Shown here: in pieces, positions 25,551 to 40,020 of the stretch
How the letters are laid out: the number at the start of each line of letters is the position of its first letter
Position numbering within the stretch: the stretch's first letter is position 1
Source of the DNA: Anolis carolinensis
Taxonomy: Eukaryota
Length of the DNA: 64,000 bases
NCBI RefSeq assembly: GCF_035594765.1
Contig: NC_085846.1
Coordinates: forward strand, 13,875,190 to 13,939,189
Reading direction: 5' to 3'
Position numbers and translations under genes: made by a program
Notes under the pieces: generated by a model
The model's input: the letters and a program-made list of their open reading frames with translations, nothing else
Told to the model about the DNA's origin: nothing
Database searches by the model: none

Positions 25551-26639
25551 TATATGTTCCGAGTAGGTGATGATGGAGTGACTTGGGGGTCTTTCATCCA
25601 TAGGGTCATTATAAGTAAGTCGACTTAATGGCAGTTCATAAAAAGTCCAGAATTTAGTAAAAACAAAGCCTTGACAGATAATGATTCTCATATTGTAGAA
25701 TAATCTGACAAGGCTTTGCTTTTACTGAGATTGTTTGGACCTAACACTTTCTGACTTAGAAGGATTTTTTTCCCCTCGGGAGGTTATTGAGCCCTTTTCC
25801 AATTATTTTAGATTACATTCATTTTATTGCTTTTAACGAATTGTGATTTGTTTATAAAGTTATGAATTAGTATAGAAATATGGAAGATGGGGAAGACTTC
25901 TGTTCAAGTCTTTTAAATCTTTGCTCATATATTTTTTAAAAAAGGATCATCTCTTGTAGTAAAAATCTCTGAACAGGTTCCACTGCCTTCATCCTTTTTC
26001 TGCAGCTCTTGTTGTTTCCCATTTATGCCCTATATATGTACCTACACTTTATTAGCTGGGATAATGGGGAAAAGCCCTGGTTGTCAGGGGAATCCAGTAG
26101 ATCCACTCAGCTGTGGCACACATGCTTGCCCTCGCCCTTGCCCAAAGTGGCAGGGGTGTCAAATGCCAGTGGAAAGGGTCACCCCAAAGAAGTGATCCAT
26201 CTGCTCAGAAAACGTGCTGGCCTCCTTCCTTTGCATTGGTACTCTGTGAACATTTGCTTGCTTGCTTTGTAATGCAACCTGTCATAGGCACAAAAAGTGA
26301 AGTGTGAGGAATATACTTGTTAGATATCTTGTTGCTGTGACATTTGTTGCTTGGCTACGGTTTCAGAATAGGCTGAGCTTTCATAACCTCACAGTACGTT
26401 GGTGAAAAAAGTATTCTTGTTATGTGAATTTGGTCAGCCATTTTAGATTTGGAGGAACAAAAAATAGTATTTTAGAAGACCATAGCAATTGTTTTGCTTC
26501 ATCCTTCATAACAAAGATCCATTCTTTTTTCCACATTTGCGAGTGTTTGTTGCATACAGTGCAATACTTTCCAGTTATTAGTCTTTCATAATCGTTTCTC
26601 AGATAATATATTTTCAATAAGGGGTCTTCTATTTGAATA

Positions 26640-27840
26640 GTATATATAAAGTATTATCGGCTCCAAATTAATATCCGTTTCCTCCTTGTCTACAGTCTGA
26701 TAGCTTCCCCTATGTACATTTTTATATTAATTTTACATTGAGATATTAGATCATTGGTTGCCATTCATTAACAAAGTTCTCTATAGGTTCTCCTCTTAAG
26801 AGCACAGTTATTTTATCCATTATCATCAAATCTGTAATGTATTTTTCCCAGTTTTCTAAGGGAGGTATCTCTGAGGTTTTCCAATGACTGGCGTATACTA
26901 TTCGAGCTGCCACTGTCATATAAAACAAAATGTTTCCAAATTTCCTTTCTAGTTCTTCACCGGGCATGTTCAAAAGGTACATTTGTGGTGTCATTTTGAA
27001 ATTTGTGTTTAATATTTTTTCTAGATATACATGAATTTGTTTCCAGTAGTTGTTTACTTTGTTGCATGACCACCACAGGTGGTAAAATGTGCCTTTTTCT
27101 TTCCCACATTTCCAAAATTTGTCGGTGCAGTTGTACATCTTCGCTAATCTCTCTGAAGAGAGATATCATCGCAGGTGCATTTTGTAGACGTTTTCTTTTA
27201 GGCTTTGACATGCCGTGTACTTAATTCTTCTCTTCCATGTTTTTTCCCATTGAACCATTTTTATCTCTTGGCCGATGTTTTGAGCCCATCTAAACCATCG
27301 AGTCCTTTCCTCTTCCATGTGCCAAGTCAATAGATTTTTGTATATATATGATATAAGTCCTTTGTATATATATGATATAAACCATGTTTTTTGCAATCTG
27401 GAAGCCCAAGGTTCGACGTTGTTCTTTAAATTTCTCACACAGTTGTCTATATAGAAGTCAATTTCATTTAAGGCCCATTTGGTTCAGTTCTCTAGGGATT
27501 TCATTTCTGAGTTTTCTAACTTGGTCTGGATCAGCTCCCTGTAAGTTAACCATTTCCCTTGTAAGATGTTCTCCCTTTTGTAGTATGCCTCATCTGGGGA
27601 CTTCCACTCCGGCATTTTTGTATATACCTATGTTCCAGGTATTTAGAATTGGTCTCCGTATGTAATGGTCATTAAATATGCCTATTAGTTTGGACTTTCG
27701 TATATCCAAAAATGCATGCCACCCAAATGGGAGATTTATGCCATCTAAATCTAATAGCTCATTGTCTTCTAGGGTCACCAATTCTTTAACCCAGTCCAAA
27801 CAGCACGCGTGAAAATAGAGTTGTCAATTTGGAAATTTCC
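26640..27840 (-). mobile_element. L1/Tx1-clade LINE ORF2 3' fragment, frameshifted
   Basis: KCGKEKGTFYHLWWSC zinc-knuckle-like motif, DWVKEL..DL.G..LPFGWHAFL. Confidence 0.8.
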
Positions 27841-28357
27841 AAATTTACTACAAAGATCCATTCTGATCTTGTCTCTTAAAATCCCCTAGTCTGAGAAATA
27901 TAGAAATAGGGCATGATGGAAACAACCACTTCTTGTGGTCTGTCTCAGCATTCAATATTTAGAGGTAAACTGCCTCTGAAAATAAAGGTTAAACTTCAGT
28001 TATTAAAACCATTCACCTCCAATAGTTTCTGCGTTCCTTTTTTACAAGCCTTTCGAGTGTGCAGTTTGTGATAGTACCGGTAATTAAATTTTCTTTTTGG
28101 TCATCTTCTTTTGTTATTTTATTAAAGCATGACAAAATAATTAACTTCATTGTTACACTTTAGATTCTCAATAGTGACCTGCCTTGCAGGATGCTTATAA
28201 AATTACAATACAATATATGAGAAGCGTATTCTAAAGTTTAAAATGCTCTTCCTATGTGCTGTAATTGTATTTTTTGTAAACATCTGTAGAGCAAGTCATT
28301 ATTATTATTTCTAAGTTTCATAAGGTGAGCCTGGAGAAAGCTTATTTTCTTCTCGTT

Positions 28358-28482
28358 AGAAGCAACTTGAGAACATACTGCAAGTCCCTTCTGGTGTGAG
28401 AGAATTGGCAGTCTACAGAGATGTTGCCTAGGGAACCCCTGGATGTGTCCTTCGGGAGATGGTAGCGGGGTACAAATAAAGT

Positions 28483-28530
<48 letters not shown>

Positions 28531-28678
28531 CGTTACCAACCTGCTGCGAGGCTTCTCTCATGTCCCCGCAAGCTAGAGCTGACAGATGGGTGCTCACCCT
28601 ATCTTGCGGATTCAAACCAGCAACCTTCAGGTCAGCAATCCAGCCAGCACAACGGTTTAACCCATTGTGCCACTGCAG
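28358..28678 (-). mobile_element. Anolis SINE2-like, interrupted by an (AAT)n-tailed LINE end
   Basis: Same body; insert at about 28450-28530. Confidence 0.7.
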
Positions 28679-30026
28679 CTGTATTGGAGAAAGTTGAGAG
28701 ATAATAATAATTTCCTTGAGGCCACTTTGTACATTTAGGCAAATATCACTCTTTAAGCCACTTCACCACAACAGCTTTCCAGTGTGGCAATGAATCCCCT
28801 TATCCGATCATGGAGGAAAAAGAAATGGATGTAGTGAGTTGTGGCCCTCTTGAAAATCTGGGCAGGATTAGGGGGATTTAACATTACTAAACTACGCATT
28901 ATCAGGTAACAAGCACAAGCAGGGAATCACTTCCTTGCATTTTTTCAGATGCCTGACTGACCACTGTTTGGACTAAAATTGTCGTGCTGTGTGAAGCTTT
29001 AGTTGGTTCTTGCTTGGCAATTCTACTCCTGGGGGCTACAAATCTAAACACCTTATCTTGTATTTGTTAATTTGCTGTTGTCTTTTCTAAAGCATTGATT
29101 GCTTACTATTCATTAGTCACTCATGATGCATTTTAATTTTCCAGCACAACATTAATATCACAGTGAAAAGGTGACTTTTCTGTCTCGTTATCATAGAATC
29201 ATAGAGTTGGAAGAGACCCCGCAAGCCATCCAGTCCAACCTCCTGCTCTGCAGGAAAATACAATCAAAGCACTCCTGACAGATGGCCATTCAGCCTCTGT
29301 TTAGAAACCTCCAATAAGGAGACGCCACCACACTCCTAGGCAGCATATTTCACTGAAGAAAAGTTCTTACCAAAAGTTCTTCACTCTTTTTGATTTACCG
29401 TATTTTTGAGGATGGTATTTTCATGATAAAGCTAGTGAACTGCTCTTTCTCTACCATTTATCTTGAAACATTTTATCATGAGGTGGATAGAATTACTGTT
29501 GCGTTAGTTTCAGGCATAGTGTAAAACAGGCCTAGTCAGTCATGCATGACCCTCCGAATACTGTTTGGCATCAACATTCATCAGCCCCAGCCAGCAAAAC
29601 CAACGGAGAAGGGCAAGAGGATTCATGTTCCAACAAGAGGAGGGCTGCATATGACCCAGCCATTAGCACTAGGCTTTCAAACACTCATTTTTCATAGGAA
29701 ATATATGATCAGTCAAGGTTCTTGGTAAACAGAGAGATAAAATTATATATTTTTTTCTTGAAAGTAGAATATCTGTCTTGAAACAATTCCAGTTTCCTTG
29801 CGTGAAGAATGTTAATCTGATCAAGACCTTTGCATAAAGTTATATAAAATCTCAATCAAATGTATATAAGACTTTATGGCTTTGAACATGTTGCATTTAA
29901 AGTTTATTTTAACAGTTTCCCCCTCCACCTATTTCAAATAATCAGTGAGTTAATGTCACCCAGGTCATCACTGTAACTATAAATCACATTAGAGTGCTCA
30001 GAGCATATTAAATACCCTATTATCCT

Positions 30027-30027
<1 letters not shown>

Positions 30028-30079
<52 letters not shown>
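30028..30079. repeat. (AAT)n microsatellite
   Basis: Direct read. Confidence 0.95.
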
Positions 30080-30082
<3 letters not shown>

Positions 30083-30369
30083 TAAAAAAACTTTATTTAT
30101 ACCCCGCCACCATCTCCCCAATGGGGACTCGGGGCGGCTAACATGGGGCCATGCCCAGAGCAATACAGCATAATAAAATATAAAAACAACATATCATAGC
30201 ACCATTTAAAATACAATAAATAATAATAAACAGAACATCAAGAAATCAAAAAACAATAAAGCAAGGGCAGGCTGCGTGAACACAGAGATAAAACCTGGAG
30301 TGAGAGGGACCGAGGAGTACTCCACTATGGGCAGGGACATTTGGAAGGGGTAATCTAGAGGATAGATGT

Positions 30370-30770
30370 TCGGAGGGGAGTAATACGGAGATATATAACA
30401 GAAATTACTCACCGAAGGCACAGCGGAAGAGCCATGTTTTCAATTCTTTCCTAAAAGCTAACAGAGTGGGAGCTTGCCTTATTTCAGTAGGTAGTGAGTT
30501 CCACAGTCGGGGGGCCACAGCAGAGAAGGCCCTCTCCCTTGTACTTACAAGGCGAGCCTGGGATAACAATGGTGATAACAGGGCCTCCCCGGATGATCGC
30601 AAAGAACGGGCAGGTTTATGGAAGGAGATACGGTCACGGAGGTAGGTGGGTCCCAAACCGTTCAGGGCTTTATAGATGATGGTCTGCACCTTGAATTGGG
30701 ACCGGAAGATGAACGGCAGCCAGTGGAGCTCCTTAAACAAGGGAGTGGATCTCTCCCTGTAATTTGCCCC
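30370..30770 (-). mobile_element. L2 LINE 3' fragment
   Basis: ORF TPLFKELHWLP...RAFSAVAPRLWNSLP...LKTWLF. Confidence 0.85.
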
Positions 30771-31106
30771 TTGCAGGAACAATGTAAGAAGTCATAGCAC
30801 CTGATCAATTTATCTTCATATTACTGGGAGTGATTTTCCAGAGTTTCAGACATTTATCTTTAGCAGCCCTTTAGCTACATCTGAGACATCTAGCATATGG
30901 CCTATGTGATCTACCACTGAGCCTATACATAGTGCATACAGGGACTGAGATAAGAGACTATTTTGTTGTTAATTACTCCTTTTTACCTTAGGAAACATTA
31001 TTGTCTTTTTTCTGTGTCATGTCTTCTCATGATATATCCAAAACATGACAAAATCAATTTAGTCAATATTCGCTTGTAGGAGGCATTCCGGCTTCATTTG
31101 CTCCTA

Positions 31107-31430
31107 GTTAAAGGTAAAGATTTTCTCCTGACATTAAGAGTAGTCGTGTCCAACTCGGGGTTGGTGCTCATCTCAATTTCTAAGCCGAAGAACTGGCGTT
31201 GTCCATAGACACCTCCAAGGTCATGTGGCCGGCATGACTGTATGGAGCACAATTACCTTCCCGCCATGGCGGTACCTATTGCTCTACTCATATTTGCATG
31301 TTTTCAAACTGCTAGGTTGGCAGAAGCTGGGGCTAACAGCAGGAACTCGCCCCACTGCCTGGATTTGAACTACAGAACCTTTCAGTCAGCAAGTTCAGCA
31401 GCTCAGTGGCGCTGCACCATTGGGGGCTCC
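31107..31430 (-). mobile_element. Sauria SINE
   Basis: Near-identical to the other copies. Confidence 0.85.
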
Positions 31431-32032
31431 TCATTTGCTTCTAGATCCATTTATTTGTCTTTTTTTGTGTAGTCTGTTGTATCCATAAAACACTCTTCTG
31501 CCACCACACTGCAAATGTGTTGATTCTCTTCCTGTAAGTGTTCTTCTCTGTCTAACTTTCAAAGTCATACATAGAAACTAAAAATACAATGACACTGGCG
31601 ATCCTGAATTTAATCGTTTCTTCCTACTGATGTCTTGACTTCTCCATTCTAATGCATGACTGAGGCAAAGTACAGAAAATCTTTAAATTATTTAAATGCC
31701 GTAATTGTCTGCTTTAGATTTATATGAGTCATAATGTAGCAATTATTTTTGTTTTGTTTTGTTTTCTTAACTGCCTTATCTAGGTCTACCTAATTAGTTC
31801 ACGACAGAGGCCAGATTAGTACAGGTGGCATCCCAACTATTAGCATGTGTAATAAGCCACTGCAGTCTTTCGTTTTCTTCAGGGGATGAACAAATAGCTT
31901 TCAAAATAATCTCTCCATTGAAGCATTCATTTGATAGCCATAGGCAACAAAGAAGTGAATAAAGATACGTGGGCACAGTAGTTAAGGGATAGAGTGGTCC
32001 AGCCTGCATCCACTGATAAATCTATCTCCTTA

Positions 32033-32352
32033 GGTAGGTAAAGGTTTTCCCCTGACATCAAGTCTAGTCGTGTCCGACTCTGGGGGTTGGTGCTCACCTC
32101 CATTTCTAAACCAAAGAGCCAGCGTTGCTCATAGACACCTCCAAGATCATGTGGCTGGCATCACGGCATGGAGCGCTATTACCTTCCTGCCAGAGTGGTA
32201 CCTATTGATCTACTCACATTTGCATGTTTTTGAACTGCTAGGTTGGCAGAAGCTGGGGCTAATAGTAGGAGCTCATCCTGCTCCCCAGATTCAAACTGCC
32301 GACCTTTCGGTCAGCAAGTTCAGCGGTTTAACCCGCTGTGACACTGGGGGTT
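32033..32352 (-). mobile_element. Sauria SINE
   Basis: Near-identical to the other copies. Confidence 0.85.
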
Positions 32353-35300
32353 CTTTAGCATGCAGATAATAAAATGCAATGATGGAGAGGTGGAAATCTC
32401 TACCTCTCCTTTGCCAGCCTCAGTTGGCTAGTATCTTTTTTCATGTCACTAATTTTTGTGAGTTTATTTACAAAACTACTCTTAATGTTTCTTTTGGACA
32501 CATTTCATGAAACTTCACTCTTGGTGTGTGTAACATTCATGCATACACACATACACTTTTTGTAAAAAGGAGTGATGAAAATCTCAAAGTCTAATTTCAG
32601 ATGCCCTATAAACAGTTGCGCCGTTGTTCTCTCCAAGGGTTATGAGGCATTCTTGTTGTAAAGAACTATTAGGTCATTATGTTGCATGCATAATAGGATG
32701 GCTATGAACATGTTTTGTCCATCCTTGCCTCCCCTACTGAAGGTTTGGCTTAGATGCCAACAGAAAAAAGCATTCTGACCAAGAAGTTGTTTATATGACT
32801 AAGAGGTGGTCTGTAGAAGCATTTTGAGGTGGTAATATGAGCTTGATTATTTCAGACTGCTGGTTAGGGTACCAATTTAAAACCCCCAATATAAATATAC
32901 CAACTTTCCTACAGTTAAGAAACTAGCACATGGGGAGTAGGCTGAGCCAGAATCTCTTTAGCTGTTATATGTTTTTCTTATAGGGTTTTGTTGTTGTTAA
33001 ATATATGGAGCACTCAAAAAGGGCATCTCTTCCATCTGTTGTCTAAATTGGCAGATTCCAAAGTTACACCTCATTCTCACTCAAGTTTACACCAGATTCA
33101 AGAAGGTCTTGTGAGTAAGGAAGTGTAGGGGTTTTCATGTACATTAAACTTGGTGATTCACCCTTTCAAACACTCAGTGTAGAATTATGAATCCCATTTC
33201 CCTATGTGGCATTCATATATGTAAGTCTTCATTGTCTGTCCTCAAGTGAGCAAGCTGGAAATGAAGTATTCAAAAGGAAATTCCCCTAAAAGGCCACTGG
33301 GTCAGATGGTTACTTTGTGTGAAAGAGGTTGTCAGCTAAACCAGAAACCCATGAGTTATATATGGCTCCCTTATCCACAGTCTAAATATCCGGTTTTAAC
33401 TTATCCACGATCCAAAAAATTTCCCCCCTGGAAGTATTTGTGGAAGTCTCTAGGTCCTCCTATGCAATCCTAAGGTATATGTCTGGTCCATGTGTGGCAA
33501 AAATATAGGCTTTGCTTTTATCCTTGATTTCAGTATTCGTTATGAGAAGGGGCTTGGAACGCATCCCTGGAAGTCATACTGTGTTTTTGTATGCGGTATC
33601 AACACATGAAAGAATTGATAATTGTGGATCAGTAGGTAGAGATGTCAAAGATGGTTTGGAGAAACAGAAAGGGGCCCTAATGATCAAGTTGGAGTGAGAG
33701 TCCTGCTAACGGATGATCACAAATTAATTCCAACTTTCACAGCATGGTGGATAGTCTTCTTTAAGCAGAAGTACTTCCTGTGCATGGCATTTCAGAGATG
33801 CTATGAAGACAATGGAGGAAACAATCCTTGAACATCTTCCAGCTCAGACTTAAATCATGCAGGTTGTCTCAGAGGGATAGAGGCCTCCAGCGTCACAACC
33901 AGTTGGATCATATGGTTGCGAGATGGGAGGCCTGTAACCATACAAACCTGCCCACACACTTCGGTCCTCAGAGAAGCTTGGGTATAGGTCACATCTCCTC
34001 CCAACCATGTCACAGAAAGAAGACAGGACTTTCTCTGTAATGTTGTCCAACTCGAGAACATTTGGTGAGGAAAAAAAATGGGTAATTCAGTCTGACTTAG
34101 GTACCAAGTATACATTTCATTTTAGCCATTCTTCATATCAGAAGCCATTTTGAACCCAGAAGGCCCAAACAGATTATAAGACAAGTCTGGGGGCACTCTT
34201 TTGAAATCCAAAATATCTTGACACTCAGATTAAAAAAAAAACTATAGCAGACAACCTGAGAATGGTAAAAAGGTAACTGTGGCTTAGTAACATGTCTGTT
34301 CTTTTTATCAGTTGTGATAGCTACCATTTAATTTTAATAGTTTAACTTTTTGCCTGTGTGTATTATCTTGAAGTCTCCACTGAAGAGCCAAGACATAGGA
34401 TTTTGAATGTTTTATTAAACCAAGTCAAAGAAAGCTTTTGGTTTTTGCTCTTACCCATAAAATGGTATCCAATTGTGTTTTCAGTACATTTGGCAGCTTC
34501 TTTATACATTTGTATTAATAATCTATTTCACAAAACAGTCCCCATTCTAGGAATCTACCCAGTTTGAAGTTTTCTTACTTATGAACTTCTAAAATCTGTT
34601 CAAACTGTGCCTTAGTAGAGACAACTGTGAAAAACTATCAAGCCACATGCCCCCCTAGATATCATCCCTTTCGCTCCTCTAGTTTTACTTGTATTAAGTT
34701 TGATTGATAAGAGACGTCAACACAAAGAACAGACAAGGAAAGTTCCCTAGGATTGTCTATTTCCTTGTGGCCTGTACAGATTAAGATCTCTGAATCCCGC
34801 TTGACAAGCTCATCAAGGAAATAGTGACTCTCTGATAAAAGTAATTTATGCCAGACTGCAATGTAGTGAGTTGTAGAGGGTTTTAGTTGGAACAAAGGGT
34901 GTGTATTGCATTTCTTTTCATTTTGTAATACGGCATTAATTCTGAGTAGTCAAATATGGAATGACAATTGATGTCACAATCAATTTTTATATGTACATAT
35001 TCTAGCTACATGACACAGATGAGAATCTACCATCTTTGAAGTCAGACCAGAGAAAATTTTTTCTCATCATCTGCCTCTGCCTCTGCCTCTCTCTCTCTAT
35101 ATATATATATATTCTTCAGTGCTATCGGTTTCTGGCCAACCAGTGTGATATTTCAGTGTTGAACCATAACACCACATGAAATACATCTCAAGGAAATATT
35201 TAGAAACCAAAGCCTATGTCAGATATGGATAAAGTCCATATCCAGGTATGGATTCCAGATGTTACTTGACTGTAATTCCCAGTGGATGACCATTCAGCAA

Positions 35301-37149
35301 CATTTGGAGTGTCCAGCTTTGCCCATCTCTCTCCTATGTGGAAAACCTGAAGGAGTTGGCTACATTTAACTTGTACAAGAAACTACCAGGCAACATGATA
35401 GTAGCCTTCATATATTTGGACAACCATCACATGTATAATGGAACAAATGTTTTCTGTCACTCCAGACTACAGGATTTGTACTGATAGGTTTATACTACAA
35501 GGAGGAGGATTACTGCTAAACATTAAGAAAAATGTGGATGCCAAACCAACTGGCAGAGCAACAGTGTACTCCTCTTTGCTAATGTTTCTAAGCAGAGACT
35601 GCATCACTTGTCAGGAGCATCGTAGTGGAAGATGTCCTGCAGTGGCAGGGTGCTGTACTGGATAACCTTCAACACCTCTTCTAAATTGACAATTCTGTTT
35701 TCCCTCCCCATCAACTCAAAAGCAAGACATGACATTACACATGGAAGGAATAAAGGAATGATTTATTTCAGGGTCTTTATACAATTCAAAGCAGGAGAGG
35801 ATGGGGAGGCATTAAATCCCTTCAATCCAGATTCTTTCAAAATATAACATCAAAAAAGGAAGTCCATCCTATGTCACCACATGTTCAAGATCAGGCTTCT
35901 CCAACTGGACCCATCCAGATGTGTTGTATTACAATTCCTGCCATCACTGACATAAGGGCTAGGGATGGTGGGAGGAGTAACCCAACACATTGGAGGACAC
36001 TTGGCTGAAGGAGAAGAGTCCAGGCAATGCTGTTTGAACAGAAGCTTCCTCCTCAGCCAGAAAGCTAAAGAAACAAAAGACTTTTTGCACTTTTTGCTTA
36101 CAGAATTTTCCTTTGGGAACCAAAAGGTTCCAGCAGTCTTAATTTATCCAAAGTGATGCACATATGGAAGGGCCTAAAAGGTTAATCCATCTGAGAAGTG
36201 GCACTTCTTTAAGGCTCACTTTGAAATGAAGTGGCTTCATTCCCACTTTCAGTGGATGCCAAAAACAAATAACTTGCTCCTTTCACTGCTCACATATCTA
36301 AAGTGCCTCCTCCGCCCACAAGCTGGCCAGTTGTAATGGGATAACTGGGCTGTCCCCTCAGGACACACAGAGATGATCATCCTTCATCTTCCCAGTCTTT
36401 CCCTCCCTTTTAAATTAATGTTTCCTGATCACTGCAGGCTCAACCGTTTTTTGAATTTGTTCTGCATGGTAGAGACTGGGCGTTAAAAATACACATAGTT
36501 GTTTAAAAATATCATAAAGGAGTGGAGAATTAGGTGGCAGCCATGTTAGTTCATAGCAGCAAGACGACAAAAGTGCCATGTTGTTGCAGGGCCAATTTAT
36601 TTATCAAGGCATTGTAAGAGTTTGCATACTCAGCTGTCCAATTTCTCAGATAGATGCAGGTAGGGGAGGAAGCGAGGGAGACATCTACGAACTCTGTCCT
36701 CCCCAATTGGAGGAAGCAGAAGACATTGAAAGCCCTCTTTGCCAGCTGCACAGCTTTTCAAAACAACACATTTAAAGCAGGAGGGGCAGACATCTGCCCT
36801 TCTTCAAACCAAGCACACTTTTCAGCATCTGATGAATCTTAGCTTGCACTGTATACCAGATGGGACCCACAGCGATGAATATGGTCAGATGTGCAACTGC
36901 AGACATTTCAAAATGGCACTAACCCAAGGACAAAAGCCAGCATAGACGTGCTCCATTTGTGCATGGAGGAACTGGGACCTCTGTGTTCTTGAAGAGTTTT
37001 GTGCAAAACTGAGCCAGAATCTTTGGGTTCTGTCTCCAGCTTTCAAAGGGTAGTGAGGTTCAAGTGGATTACTGGAAGGAGACTCCAGGAGCCGGAATTT
37101 TACGTTCAACTCCCCTTGTTAATAATGCCCAAGGGATCAAAAATGGCCC

Positions 37150-37525
37150 TGCTAAACTTAGCATTAGTTTATTAACTAATTAACAAAGACAATAAAATGC
37201 CAAAAAAGAGGAGATGACACTCCCCCTTCAATTTCTCCGAAGGGGGTGTAAAGGGTAGGGGCAACCGATTTCCCTTCCCTCCTGCAGAGGAGGAGCAGCC
37301 CCTCCCCTTCCCCAACCTGGGCACCAGGGTCTCACCCCAACACATCACATTAAGGGGGACCAGAGATGGGTTACCAGGGTTCACAGCCACGTAGCAAAGC
37401 GCAGTTGTACAGCAAGTCAACAGGGGCACCCCCAAATTGGTACTCCCTGAATCCTGTGCTCCCCTCAAAAAATCTGATAGGGGAGCCGGGTACAGTCCCA
37501 AATCACCTCCTGTTGAAGCAGAGAC
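37150..37525 (-). other. MAPK3: Probable non-coding terminal exon (3' UTR) of MAPK3; may extend to about 35750
   Basis: Strong acceptor ttcttgttcttacag| at 37525; AATAAA candidates at 37168-37173 and 35762-35767; mammalian MAPK3 also has a non-coding last exon. Confidence 0.55.
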
Positions 37526-38490
37526 CTGTAAGAACAAGAAATCAAGTGAACATTACGCCTCCAGACAAACAGTCTGGACTACAAACCAGTTGGCTATTGC
37601 TTAAACCAGAATCTTTTGAGTAATTTATGATGGCATAACTGGAGGAAGAGTTTATACAAGCACAACTATCACTTCCTGTGTTGTGTAAGGAAATATTTGG
37701 TACTTCCTGGTGCAATAATTTTTATAGCCTGTAGAACAGCTGCTGGATGGTGTCCAGGCCAAGCCAAATGGACAGTTTTGCTCTCCTTTGCTCTCCTTTG
37801 CCCTACAGGATTATTGGCATAAGTGAGCTGCCACACTTTACCAGCTTCAAATAGGACCCATGCATGTTGCAATTTACCAAGCTTGCTACAGTGAATCCAC
37901 AAATTCTATACATGCAAACAGACCTTAATTTTGTGTTAGCAAAGCTTCAAGAGTTCCTTGGAACACCAAGAACTGTTGCAAAATTATAGCAACAAGTGGG
38001 GATAGATTCAACATGTATTTGAAGGGAATTTAGCAATACTTCTTTGCATCACACATATCTCAGCAGTTCAGTTAAAAGGCCTTTCTGTGTGTGAGGCAAA
38101 CACAGGAAGCATGGTTGGTGTTTTGTATCTATTTCATAATTTGCTTTAAGTGATTGCCACTTGAATTAGTCCCATTATGTAGGACTACCTCAGTATGGCA
38201 ACATTTCCACGGCTCTTTTGGCAATGTGAAGGGATGTTTCACTCACTTGTTTGAATCATATTTTAACTATCCCCAACTAATCAGTTGTAGGATTATTTTT
38301 CTTTTTCTTAGGAAAAAACTACTACAGAAATATGAAGCCATTTAAATCTCTGATAATCTGAACATAGGTTATATCCACATCTCTAAATCAAAAGAGTAAC
38401 CCTAGGCCAAAAGTACATCTAACATACATTGAAGTCTAGTAGTCCATTTTAAAAAATGAAGATATATTCACCAATGGTCCAAACAACCCT

Positions 38491-38610
38491 TCAGGGACCT
38501 TGATAGCCAGGCTGGAAGCGTGCTGTCTCCTCAAATATCAGTTCTTTCAGCTTCTCTTTGGGAAGGTCATCCAGCTCCATGTCAAAAGTGAATGGCTCTT
38601 CAGCAACGGG
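38491..38610 (-). CDS. MAPK3: MAPK3 exon 8 coding part ([39 protein letters not shown])
   Basis: ctag| acceptor; TGA at 38493-38491; probable donor TTG|gtgaat at 38472/38471. Confidence 0.95.
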   Translation of the reverse strand, partial: PVAEEPFTFDMELDDLPKEKLKELIFEETARFQPGYQGP

Positions 38611-38789
38611 CTAGAGGGAGCCAAAGCCAGATAGATAAAATCCAGTTATCCTGGTTCTTAAATGTCTTCCTCCCAGACCTGCTAGCTATGCTGGGAGCTG
38701 CAGTTCAAGAAGCTTAATTTTTTTGAGTTCTGGACTTTCTCTTTCCTCATTCTGCCCCCCAATCCTGTCAAACCCCAAGAACCAAGTAC

Positions 38790-38899
38790 CTCATCTGAGG
38801 GGTCGTAGTACTGCTCTAGGTAAGGATGGGCCAAGGACTCCTCCACTGTGATGCGTTTGTTGGGGTTAAAGGTCAACATTTTGTCCAACAGGTCTAGAG
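38790..38899 (-). CDS. MAPK3: MAPK3 exon 7 ([37 protein letters not shown])
   Basis: 110 nt; ctcag| ... GAG|gtactt. Confidence 0.95.
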
Positions 38900-39554
38900 C
38901 TGAGAAGATACATAAGAGAATGTACTATGAACAACCAAACAGCAGATGGCAATAGAAGCAACAATGCTATTTCTTCTTACATGTTGATAAACAGATGGTT
39001 GTAGGGATGGAACGTAGCCAGAGGTGGCAGCAGAGTGCAGTTTAGGATGGCAACTGCTGGTTTTTAAGGCAATAGGTCAGAACTCCTAGAGTTGGCTATG
39101 TGCCAGACTTACAACTGTGTCAAGTGAAATCTCCATAAAGCATGAGACCAACTAGATCTGCGTGCACCCCACAGACAATGAGCTTCCAACAATGGTTGGC
39201 CAGATCACTCACAAAATAATATTTTAACATTCTCATAAAGTTTATCTAATATTTTCATAAATATTCTACCTCCAATGTAGAGGACCCAGTTAGCAATTAC
39301 CCTGCATTAGCTTGTCAAGCCCCTTAGAATCTAATCCAGTATAATGGAAGGAAGGAAGCTAAGCAGTTGCTAGCAAAAGTAGAAAAAGAGCAGATGTCCT
39401 GGGTCAATTTTTAATTCAGGATTGGCTCCAGGCTATAAAACACTGAATACTTCTAGCACAGGTAACTGGCATTAGACAAATATATATGTTCTGGGATCCA
39501 CACTATGAGTCACATAGTCTATAAAATGTGCATATTCTGCATTCTTTTCCTCAC

Positions 39555-39686
39555 CTTTGGGATCTGCCTTAGGAAACAGTTTGTTCCACGGAACCTTGGG
39601 CTTTTGGGGCAGCGACTGGAGATAGTTGCGAGCCTTCATATTGATGATGCAGTTCAGGTCATCCTGAGATGGGGAACCTAGAATAC
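39555..39686 (-). CDS. MAPK3: MAPK3 exon 6 ([44 protein letters not shown])
   Basis: 132 nt; ccag| ... G|gtgagg. Confidence 0.95.
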
Positions 39687-39834
39687 CTGGAGAGATGGAT
39701 AAGCAGAACATTGTTTGGGATCTAGGATGAGACAAGGCTTAGAGAAGAAACAGGTATCAAATCTGTAACAAGGTTGATTTCAGGCATTAAAAGGAGTGTA
39801 ACCAGAGATCAAATGAGGGAAAGCCCACCATTTA

Positions 39835-40020
<186 letters not shown>

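Noticed and set aside
33828-34115. Overlapping short ORFs in unique intergenic DNA
   Set aside because: No recognisable homology and no convincing pair of splice sites
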